Shown here: positions 16,997-24,680 of the stretch, piece by piece
Position numbering within the stretch: the first letter of the stretch is position 1
Layout of the letters: every line of letters begins with the position of its first letter
DNA from: Nitrospira sp.
GTDB lineage: Bacteria; Nitrospirota; Nitrospiria; Nitrospirales; Nitrospiraceae
Assembly (NCBI GenBank): GCA_037142015.1
Contig: JBAXBK010000023.1
Location: 1 to 32,000, forward strand
Direction: 5' to 3'
DNA: 32,000 nt
Translations under genes and position numbers: made by a program
Notes under the pieces: generated by a model
The model's database searches: none
What the model was told of the DNA's origin: nothing
What the model saw: only the letters and a program-made list of their open reading frames with translations

Positions 16997-17211
16997 TTTA
17001 AGCTCGATACCGACCCAGAGACTATCGAGCGCGATCCGGCGTTATTGGAAAAATATCGGGCGCTTTTGGAGTCGGAGGACTGATACCGATGCTCGATAGT
17101 CCCCCTCCCAGGTTCATAGTTCTTTCACAAACCCGTTTCACCTTCGGCGCTTGAATCATAGGGTTCTGAACGAAGAAAACGGCGTGCGATTGGTGAAAGC
17201 TGGTAGAAAAT

Positions 17212-18213
17212 TTATTCCCCTGACGGATGCTCAGAATGCTTTCTTCGGGCCCTTATACTTTCAATGACTTCATCCTTGTCGAGTCTTGGTTGTTGGCGAG
17301 TAAAAGAATGCTTCTTGACGAGGCTCTCAGTTCCATTTCTCAGCTCATGCGCGAAGACATAGCGTTCCGAGTTAATTGCCATTCGGCGGTTCATATTTTT
17401 CACAGACTCGGAGGTAATGGGTAACGCCTTGTACCTGTTATGGCGAGAGAGCCATAGGCAAACCGTGGGGGAAATAGGGAAAGTTACTTCGGCTGTAGGG
17501 TGTCCGAATCCTCCTCCAAAGCCGGCTCCATCTCCTTTCTTGAATCGAACCACCACCGGGGAGTCCGAAGTGATGAAATGCATTCCGGCTGGAGCCGTGG
17601 ACAGACACCAAAACATCTTTTTGAGTTCGGTAAAGATGGCATCTGAATGCACCATGGGAGAAAAGGTGACGTATTTTTGATCGAACTTCACAATGAAGTG
17701 CTCATCGAAATTCAAAAGTTGCTCCCGAATTTGCTCTTTTGTGAGGAGTTTGGATGAAGGGCTCCCTTCAGCAACAAGGGTTTCCCAAAACTTATCAAAC
17801 TGGGCACTGTCTCGGGCTAATGCCTTGGCGCGTTCGACGGTCATGACTTCTGTCATCGCCTCAAACCATTTCGCGGTTTTTGGGTTCCGAAGGTGTAGTA
17901 GCGCGAGAAAATATGCGACTTCGTGTATTTCTTCGATACGTGGGACAACACGGTGCTCTCGCCATCGCGAGAGGATAGGTGCCACCCCGCTTTCTTGCTT
18001 ACCAAATGCTTCTTCTAAGGCATGGGGAGGCACTCCTGAATGGGAGACTTTATACAGGTTGTTGATCGCGGCAGTGTTCTTTGGTGATTGCTTGCGCGGG
18101 GCTTTACCATCTTTGTCATACACCCACAGCATGGGATTGCGGTCACCAGGATGCACGACAGCGAAGGCGTTTAAATAGGATTCGGGGACATAATGGTTCT
18201 TTCGGTATTGCAT
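17212..18213 (-). CDS. DUF4238-family protein (333 aa)
   Basis: The N-terminus MQYRKNHYVPESYLNAF matches the HYvPxfyLxxF start I associate with DUF4238. The 399-aa track ORF needs a GTG inside the repeat with no RBS, so the ATG at 18213 is preferred. Confidence 0.65.
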   Translation of the reverse strand: MQYRKNHYVPESYLNAFAVVHPGDRNPMLWVYDKDGKAPRKQSPKNTAAINNLYKVSHSGVPPHALEEAFGKQESGVAPILSRWREHRVVPRIEEIHEVAYFLALLHLRNPKTAKWFEAMTEVMTVERAKALARDSAQFDKFWETLVAEGSPSSKLLTKEQIREQLLNFDEHFIVKFDQKYVTFSPMVHSDAIFTELKKMFWCLSTAPAGMHFITSDSPVVVRFKKGDGAGFGGGFGHPTAEVTFPISPTVCLWLSRHNRYKALPITSESVKNMNRRMAINSERYVFAHELRNGTESLVKKHSFTRQQPRLDKDEVIESIRARRKHSEHPSGE

Positions 18214-18330
18214 AGATGGTTGTGCCTCGGCCTCATTAACTGGCTGCCGCTCTAATCGCACACTTAGGCAGTCTCTCGCAATGGAGAGGGAATCCTTTGT
18301 AAGGCTGACGGGGTACTGAAGGGATTTCCC

Positions 18331-18450
18331 ATCCCCTGCGTTTCCCAAAGCCGGGAAGCCGTGTCTCGAAACCCTGTCAGATGTGATCCCGCTAAGTGGT
18401 TGGAATGACACTACTCAGAAACATGAAGAGACGCGTTCTTTAAGCAGATG
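18331..18450 (-). repeat. Right copy of the perfect 120-bp inverted repeat
   Basis: Reverse complement of 16877-16996, 120/120 identical. Confidence 0.95.
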
Positions 18451-18607
18451 ATTGGTGTACAGCCCGGTGACTAAGCATGACAAACGGCCATTTCTCATAA
18501 CGCTCGCATTGCAATGGTTCCCCCCCATTTATCTTGTGATTTCATGATGATGGAGCCTTCTTTGATTTCCATGTTAGTTCTTTCTTTCCTTTCCCTTCCG
18601 ATCATGT

Positions 18608-18627
18608 TTGGTCACAAATTGGTCACA
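18608..18627 (+). promoter_or_regulatory. Tandem TTGGTCACA x2 (11-bp period), candidate regulator-binding site
   Basis: Copies at 18608-18616 and 18619-18627. A possible promoter lies downstream: TTGACG (18663-18668), 16 nt spacer, TATTCT (18685-18690). Confidence 0.3.
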
Positions 18628-18811
18628 CCATTTTCAGCGTACTCCTGCCCCACCTCGTGAGCTTGACGGTAGGAGAATCCCTGATATTCTTGGAAAGACC
18701 TTCAGGACGAATGGTTGTTCTTCAGCGCAGTACACCAACCTCCCAATGGAAAGCGTCGTCCGAGCCTTTTCCCCAACTCAGCCAAGTTTATTCCAATCAA
18801 GGAGAAACACC

Positions 18812-19612
18812 ATGTGGCTCACAAAAACATCAATGCTGGTTGTTGCCGGTATGGGGCTGGCGGCATGGCTCTCTATTGGTAGTGTTGGTATCGGACAAGC
18901 AGGTCAGAGCCAAATAGTGATTGCGTATCCGCCTGTGTCGAACCTTTACATGCAGCAGCGCCAGCTCTGGATGCAGAATCGGATGCTTGAGAATTTGTCC
19001 GAGGCACTGGTTCCGATTAAATGGCCGAGGCAGTTAACATTGATGGCGGTCGAATGTGGTCAGGTGAATGCGTTTTATAATCCACAACAACATTCGATTA
19101 CTATCTGTTATGAGTTTGCGGACCATCTGATTCAAATGTTTAGCCAACAAACACAATTACCACAGAATCAACAAGGCCTACTATTTAGTGGAGCGTTAAT
19201 GTTTACGTTACTTCATGAAGCAGGGCATGCAGTTATTGGTGAATTTAATATACCGGCTCTTGGGCGAGAGGAGGATGCGGCAGATCAGTTTGCAGCCATA
19301 GTTTTTGTGGCTGATCCTAATGGTACGCAATTATTAATGGGCCCATTGTGGTGGCTTCAATTGCATGCGCAGCAAGGTTTCTTTTTAGGGTTTGATATGC
19401 GTGATGCAAAAAGTTTGTATGCGGATGAGCACGGGGTTGATGAACAACGATTTTACAATGTTTCGTGTTTGTTATATGGCAGTAATCCTTCTGCCCATCA
19501 AGACGTTATCGCGAATGGGATGTTGACACCTGAACGAGCGCGAAGATGTCCCTATGAATATCAGAAGATTCGTCGGAGTTGGGAACTTTTGCTTACGCAA
19601 AAGGGAGCGTGA
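18812..19612 (+). CDS. DUF4344-type putative secreted zinc metallopeptidase
   Basis: AAGGAG RBS and a signal/TM segment (MLVVAGMGLAAWLSIGSV). HExxH is followed by the family-typical block: LLHEAGHAVIGEFNIPALGREEDAADQFAAIVFV. Confidence 0.7.
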   Translation: MWLTKTSMLVVAGMGLAAWLSIGSVGIGQAGQSQIVIAYPPVSNLYMQQRQLWMQNRMLENLSEALVPIKWPRQLTLMAVECGQVNAFYNPQQHSITICYEFADHLIQMFSQQTQLPQNQQGLLFSGALMFTLLHEAGHAVIGEFNIPALGREEDAADQFAAIVFVADPNGTQLLMGPLWWLQLHAQQGFFLGFDMRDAKSLYADEHGVDEQRFYNVSCLLYGSNPSAHQDVIANGMLTPERARRCPYEYQKIRRSWELLLTQKGA

Positions 19613-19613
19613 G

Positions 19614-20111
19614 ATGAAAAGGCTTTTTATTGCTTGTCTATCGATCTGGGCTCTTATCGCCTTACCAGGCTTGGCAGTAGCAGGATCAGACGAAGCCGCA
19701 ATTGCCCGAACAATAATGGAGTCAGGTCGTGCGCTTACGAACCTTCTCCAGACGAAGAACCCTCAGGAAGTGCTCCGCTTCTACACAGAGGACTATTCTT
19801 CGATTTTAGACGGAGTTGTTAACAATCGGAAATTGATGGAAATGTCATTAGGGGTGATTAGCGAAGATGCGAAAGGTGGGTTGTTGGAAACCACAACAAC
19901 AAAGATAAGCAATATTCGAGCTATGGCTTTCACTGGAATGGGGTGGGCTACTTACGATGAGTTCATCGACATCCACTCCCCGGAGGTCGTTTTAGTCAAA
20001 GGAGATCTGAAGTGTACAGGTCTGTTACGAAAAATTGGTTCCGAATGGAAGATTCAGCATGAGCATTGTTCAAGTAGAAGAGATCAATCAGGTAACGCTA
20101 GAACAGAGTAG
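19614..20111 (+). CDS. Secreted NTF2-like (SnoaL/DUF4440-like) protein
   Basis: The start lies 1 nt after the upstream stop, suggesting translational coupling. A signal peptide is present. The C-terminus CTGLLRKIGSEWKIQHEHCS is typical of DUF4440-like folds. Confidence 0.55.
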   Translation: MKRLFIACLSIWALIALPGLAVAGSDEAAIARTIMESGRALTNLLQTKNPQEVLRFYTEDYSSILDGVVNNRKLMEMSLGVISEDAKGGLLETTTTKISNIRAMAFTGMGWATYDEFIDIHSPEVVLVKGDLKCTGLLRKIGSEWKIQHEHCSSRRDQSGNARTE

Positions 20112-20167
20112 AAATCGATGACCCTTCATGTATAGGTCATCCTCCGCCGAGAAAGGACCAATTCATC

Positions 20168-20587
20168 ATGAAGTTTGGAGACCAAGAATCGAAACTGGCC
20201 GATTATTGTTGCAAAGATGAACTTGGGCGAAAGATCTCATGTATTCTGACGGACCGTCGCTTAGTGATTAGCGACAAGAATAGCGAAGAAAACTACCCTC
20301 TCGGTAAAATCACGGTGGTGAGCACTGTATATGGACGGTACTGGTGGGTAATAGTAATAGCAGTGCTTACAGCCTTCACCTGTCTAGCGGATATTGCTTT
20401 CAGGGGAGAGGCAAGCAGCAGTTCGTTTGTCGGTTTTACTTTAGCTGGCATCATGTCCTACTTGTGGTTCATAGGCTATACAAAGTTTAGTATAGGTCAG
20501 ATGGGTGGAAACAAGCGGTATTCAATCTTTGGGAAAGACGAAAAGCTGATGGCGTTCGTGGACGCTGTGAACGAAAAGCTGTCCTAA
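20168..20587 (+). CDS. Hypothetical membrane protein with a PH-like N-terminal segment and two TM helices
   Basis: 139 aa containing LTDRRLVISDKNSEENYPLGKITVV followed by two hydrophobic helices. No firm family assignment. Confidence 0.5.
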   Translation: MKFGDQESKLADYCCKDELGRKISCILTDRRLVISDKNSEENYPLGKITVVSTVYGRYWWVIVIAVLTAFTCLADIAFRGEASSSSFVGFTLAGIMSYLWFIGYTKFSIGQMGGNKRYSIFGKDEKLMAFVDAVNEKLS

Positions 20588-20834
20588 CAGGATGCTAAAA
20601 AAGTCCACTAACGGCATTCTCGCTTCTTTCCAGTTTCGTCGATGACTCTTCTTGTTTAGGTCCTTCTTCGCCGAGAATGGATGGATCAAGCTAAGTTCGC
20701 TCCTTGGTCAATGTGGAGCACCAATAGCCCCTCCCGTTCAGGGATCATGGCAGGACCATCGTATTGAACTTGATGATCTACACCCAGGAGATAAATCATA
20801 GGAACTTGAACAGGATGCTGATGGACGCTGTTGA

Positions 20835-21434
20835 TCACCGGGCGGCCACGAGCATGCGCTTAATGTTGAGCATGAGCGCCGCGAAGCGCGCCTGTTCCAC
20901 ACGAAGCACGTCCTCGCCCTCTGGCGTCACCACACCTCCGCGAGTAAAGTCACGCGCCCGATATTCCAACCAGGCACTCTGCACCGCGAGCATTCGGTGA
21001 TAGGTGTTAAACAAAATAGACCGATCGAGGCGTAACGGTCCTATCATCTGATCAAGATCCCGCTGAATGTCTCCAAGATCCTGATAGATCCTGACCCACT
21101 CCTCATGCGTGGTGCGCCCTTCGGCATGGGTTCGATCTGTGCGAAACATAAATTCGGCCCAGAAGGTGTGATCCCCCGCATCGCTTTTCAGCCGTGTGAA
21201 CTCCTCCTGAGTATCGAGCAAAAGGAGTTTCATATCTTGGCTATCGGGGCCAGGGCGGCGAGACTCTCGGTCGGTGATGGTGGGGGTGGCAGGCTCAGCC
21301 TCTGACTGTGTAGCTGTCTGCTGTCTCAGCCTGCGGTACGTACAGTGCCGGAGATGCCCACGAACCGCCTGGGGTGTTTTGAAGGGTTTTTCGCAGTAGT
21401 CACACTCATATCGTTTAGGGGTTATCTTGGCCAT
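20835..21434 (-). CDS. Hypothetical protein with an N-terminal classical C2H2/C2HC-like zinc finger
   Basis: YECDYCEKPFKTPQAVRGHLRHC fits C-x2-C-x12-H-x2-H / H-x3-C. The remainder is unrecognised. Confidence 0.55.
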   Translation of the reverse strand: MAKITPKRYECDYCEKPFKTPQAVRGHLRHCTYRRLRQQTATQSEAEPATPTITDRESRRPGPDSQDMKLLLLDTQEEFTRLKSDAGDHTFWAEFMFRTDRTHAEGRTTHEEWVRIYQDLGDIQRDLDQMIGPLRLDRSILFNTYHRMLAVQSAWLEYRARDFTRGGVVTPEGEDVLRVEQARFAALMLNIKRMLVAAR

Positions 21435-21625
21435 AGATCAGGCGTTGCTCCTGTTTGGGGTTATGTGGTTTGTGCCCCATGAGTGGATATCGCAAAGCGA
21501 CTCACCGCTGGGACAACGGGGCACTCATTGCTGCCGTTTTCACAGGGTGTTGTGCATCTCTGCCTGCTGAGATCATGGAAGGGTCTTTTTTCTTCTCTCT
21601 CGTAGGCACTCACGCGCTCCTCACC

Positions 21626-22201
21626 TCAGCGTGTAACCTGTAATGCCTTGTGGACATAACTCGGACTCGCCCCCACCTGTTTCGCAATCGCACGAATACT
21701 CAACCCCTGTGTTTTGAGATTCATGATTCGTTCCGTGTCCATCTGTAACCCTGGACGCCCAATCTTCTTCCCCAACGCTTTGGCACGTCGCAACCCACCT
21801 TTGATCCGTTCCACGATAATGTTGCGTTCCAACTCTGCCACTGCTGCCACAATCGTAAACATAGCCTTCCCTAGCGGGGAGCTGGTATCGATATTTTCCT
21901 GATAGGAGATAAACTCGATCCCGAGATGCCGCAACTCCTCCAAGGCTGTGATTAAATGCTTGGTGGAGCGTGCAAAGCGATCGAAACGCCAGACCAGCAC
22001 CGCGTCGAACTTCCGTTTGCGGGCATCGGCCATGAGTTCATCGAGAGCTGGCCGTCGTTCCTTGGTGCCGCTGATCCCGGTATCGCAATACTCACGATAG
22101 ATCGTGAAGCCCCGCTGCGTGCAGAAGGCCTGGAGATCGGCCAACTGCATCGCGACGGACTGATCGGCGGTCGAGACTCTACAATAGAGGGCGATCATCA
22201 T
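21626..22201 (-). CDS. Small serine recombinase (resolvase/invertase family)
   Basis: 191 aa with the catalytic N-terminus ALYCRVSTADQ, the block VWRFDRFARS, and a C-terminal HTH (GLSIRAIAKQVGASPSYVHKAL). Confidence 0.9.
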   Translation of the reverse strand: MMIALYCRVSTADQSVAMQLADLQAFCTQRGFTIYREYCDTGISGTKERRPALDELMADARKRKFDAVLVWRFDRFARSTKHLITALEELRHLGIEFISYQENIDTSSPLGKAMFTIVAAVAELERNIIVERIKGGLRRAKALGKKIGRPGLQMDTERIMNLKTQGLSIRAIAKQVGASPSYVHKALQVTR

Positions 22202-22680
22202 CGGGCATGTCGGCGAAACATCTTCTTCATCGTGATGTGTTCCTGGTAGAGTTCAATGAAGTTTTGTTGAATATCCTCCTGACGGACCTCAGACAGGTCG
22301 TCTACGAATTGCTGTTTTCCCTGCGGCCACAATTCGCTGATGCATGACTTTTTATCGCCTTCAATCAAGTGATGATGCGCAACCCAAAACTTGTCCCCTG
22401 AGCGCTTGATCTCCACCCAATAGGTAAAGGCTCTTCCATCGGGTACGGCGATACGGAGCCTCGGATCAACAGGAGGAAAAATGGGAAAATGGTCTGGAGT
22501 GATGTCAACAGAACGTCCATAGCTTCTGAAATCTTTCTGTATTCTCTTGAAAACCGGCAGAACTATACGACTGCCTACTTGATCACACTGTTGCTCAAAT
22601 TTTTCACGATCCTCTAGAGGGATCAAGCGTTCCTGCTCTTCGGGCTCCAATAAGTTGAAAATCTGTTGCTTCAAGTTCAT
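22198..22680 (-). CDS. Hypothetical protein (160 aa) translationally coupled to the serine recombinase
   Basis: GAGGAG RBS before MNLKQQ. Its stop overlaps the recombinase ATG by 4 nt. No motif recognised. Confidence 0.55.
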   Translation of the reverse strand: MNLKQQIFNLLEPEEQERLIPLEDREKFEQQCDQVGSRIVLPVFKRIQKDFRSYGRSVDITPDHFPIFPPVDPRLRIAVPDGRAFTYWVEIKRSGDKFWVAHHHLIEGDKKSCISELWPQGKQQFVDDLSEVRQEDIQQNFIELYQEHITMKKMFRRHAR

Positions 22681-22773
22681 GGTGTACTCCTCTTCACGGG
22701 ATTTCTCGCGTTGAAATATGACTGAAGGAGCGGCCACGCTATATGACCGCTCCCTCAGCATGATGAATGTGGA

Positions 22774-22896
22774 CTACTCCTCTTCTCCTTCCTCTTCGCT
22801 ATCGGAATCCAATGCCTTATCGGAGATATCCTTGACCCCTTCGATGGCATTCTCTAATTCCTCTATGCGCTCTTCCAACTCTCGTTTCGTTGCCAT
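22774..22896 (-). CDS. Small acidic coiled-coil peptide (40 aa)
   Basis: MATKRELEERIEELENAIEGVKDISDKALDSDSEEEGEEE, with a purine-rich RBS (AAGGGGGG). Confidence 0.4.
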   Translation of the reverse strand: MATKRELEERIEELENAIEGVKDISDKALDSDSEEEGEEE

Positions 22897-23017
22897 AAAA
22901 CCACCCCCCTTCTCATTGGATTTCCCTTCTTCAGCACAACGCTGAATCCCTCTCGATCTGCACACCCCCATCGACTCGCATATCTCTTCGTACTCACCGC
23001 TATCAGTTGTTGCTCTC

Positions 23018-23353
23018 TCACACTATTTGTTGAATCACATTCGATTCATGAATCCATCGCAGATGATCTTCATGCCACACCAACACCCATCTCCCTCCCC
23101 TGGTACAATCAACGACATGAACGATTGCAGGACCACACAAATCTTCGCCTGATTTCCACATCACTACCGCGCCTTCGATCAGTTCCCCTGGAGAACCATG
23201 GTCTGGATCACTGAGGACTCGTACCTTTCCACTAGCCTTTTCGAGAACTTTCCATGCTTGTTCATCAGAGAAGTACACCGGGTATCCTGGTACCAGGTGT
23301 ACGGCCCTGTCAGGAAACACAATGCAAAGAGGTCTGAGACCTTCAATCAACAA
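23018..23353 (-). CDS. Hypothetical protein (~105-111 aa, non-ATG start uncertain)
   Basis: The ORF continues downstream of the ATPase gene. The only starts after that gene's stop are TTG (23353/23350) or GTG (23320). Confidence 0.35.
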   Translation of the reverse strand: MLIEGLRPLCIVFPDRAVHLVPGYPVYFSDEQAWKVLEKASGKVRVLSDPDHGSPGELIEGAVVMWKSGEDLCGPAIVHVVDCTRGGRWVLVWHEDHLRWIHESNVIQQIV

Positions 23354-24680
23354 TGATGACTTCCTCCTCCAGTTCGAGATTCGATTCGTCCATACCCTCC
23401 CCCCTAGGATGGGAGTTCGGACGAATCGGTTTTCTAAGGTGATATGTGAATGGGGCACCCTTGTGGCCGCTGCCTTCGCGAACCACCTGCATCCCAAGGA
23501 TATCGATTGCGCGAGAAACATCCTGTTTGCTCAAACCTGTGGACTCGACGATCTCGTGAATTGTGCGGGGGGTCTGATCTAACACCGCGAGGACTTGTTC
23601 AGTTTTTTCTTGTACAGAGACCTGCGCCGGTGAACCCATGGCTTCATATCCGTTTTTCCCATAACGGATTACGAGTTCTTTGGGCGTCTGCGAAAAACGG
23701 GAGACGGATTCCAGCACTCGCTCTTGCGGATCGCCTGGACGGCGTTTCATTGAAATGGCGATATCGACCAGACCGAGAAGGGCGGAGGAACCGCGAATTT
23801 CATCTCCACCTTCCCCACCTGATTTCCGCGTATGCACAAGGCAGAGCCACGCGGCTTTGGTCTGGCGGATCGCATTGAGTAGCATTCGACCGGATCTGAG
23901 CACTTCCGAGGCGTCATTTTCATTCTCCAAATGCCACCATGCGGGTAACGTATCGACCACCACTAACCCGATATCGTGCGCAGCTACGTATTCAACGATA
24001 TCGCGAAGTACGTTCACCGAAAACTCCAGGGGGCCTGTCACTACTTTGATTTGACCTTCTAATCCTTCGACACCCTGCTTTTGAAACCGGCGGATCACAT
24101 CGTCGGAATGCTCTTCAACTGCGAGAACCAGCACCTTGACCTGGCGAACCTTACGCCCGAGGCAGGGTAGTCCACGTGCCACATGTACGATTGCTTCATA
24201 CGCAGCGGTGGTTTTGCCAATCTTTGGCGGACCTGCTTTGGCCGTCAACCGCCTCGGAGCTAAGTAACCGTGGACGAGCCAATCAATTTCCTCTTGAGGC
24301 TTCTGTAGCAATTCGCCAAGATCTTCGGGATTGAAGCCTGAATTCGATTCGTCCAGACTCCCACTCTTAGGGTCTGACTTTGGACGAATCGAAAATGATC
24401 TGGCAGGAGTGTAGCGGGCACCACTTGCCGCGATACTTTTCACCTCGTAATCCGGCAACGGGGGATCACACATTTCTGAGTTGTGTGAAAGAAGAGCTGA
24501 TTCAATTGTCTCTTGGTTGCAACCAAAATGCCGCATGGCCGCACCTAGTTTAAAAAGCGAATCGTTTCTCTGCCCTTCGGGGATACACCCAGACTCTTTT
24601 TGCTGCCGTGTGCCCGGTTGCTCCCGGCTCAAATGCGCGAGAGAGTCCGGAAATTTTGCGAACTCGGTTACATTATCCAT
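23343..24680 (-). CDS. PriCT-like domain + RecA-like (AAA_25/RepA-type) ATPase + C-terminal wHTH; replication helicase-like partner of Prim-Pol
   Basis: IPEGQRNDSLFKLGAAMRHFG...CDPPLPDYEVKSIAAS is PriCT-like. Walker A is GPPKIGKT and the Walker B-like block is LVVVDTL. The C-terminus carries an HTH (IHEIVESTGLSKQDVSRAI). The start is taken at MDNVTEF (24680). Confidence 0.75.
   Translation of the reverse strand: MDNVTEFAKFPDSLAHLSREQPGTRQQKESGCIPEGQRNDSLFKLGAAMRHFGCNQETIESALLSHNSEMCDPPLPDYEVKSIAASGARYTPARSFSIRPKSDPKSGSLDESNSGFNPEDLGELLQKPQEEIDWLVHGYLAPRRLTAKAGPPKIGKTTAAYEAIVHVARGLPCLGRKVRQVKVLVLAVEEHSDDVIRRFQKQGVEGLEGQIKVVTGPLEFSVNVLRDIVEYVAAHDIGLVVVDTLPAWWHLENENDASEVLRSGRMLLNAIRQTKAAWLCLVHTRKSGGEGGDEIRGSSALLGLVDIAISMKRRPGDPQERVLESVSRFSQTPKELVIRYGKNGYEAMGSPAQVSVQEKTEQVLAVLDQTPRTIHEIVESTGLSKQDVSRAIDILGMQVVREGSGHKGAPFTYHLRKPIRPNSHPRGEGMDESNLELEEEVIIVD

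Noticed and set aside
17212-18411. The full 399-aa version of the DUF4238 ORF, starting at a GTG inside the right 120-bp repeat
   Set aside because: There is no RBS at that GTG, and the family-typical N-terminus (HYVP...) begins right after the internal ATG at 18213. The in-frame extension is more likely fortuitous, although a repeat-encoded N-terminal extension cannot be strictly excluded.
16877-18450. Reading the 120-bp-repeat unit as a classical transposon or MITE with cargo
   Set aside because: No target-site duplication flanks the unit and there is no transposase inside it. I prefer an inversion/duplication or invertible-segment reading.
20115-20157. Reading the 43-bp repeat as an integron attC site
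   Set aside because: There is no integron integrase or attI, and no recognisable R''/L''-L'/R' core sites (GTTRRRY). The only feature is a simple 7-bp hairpin.
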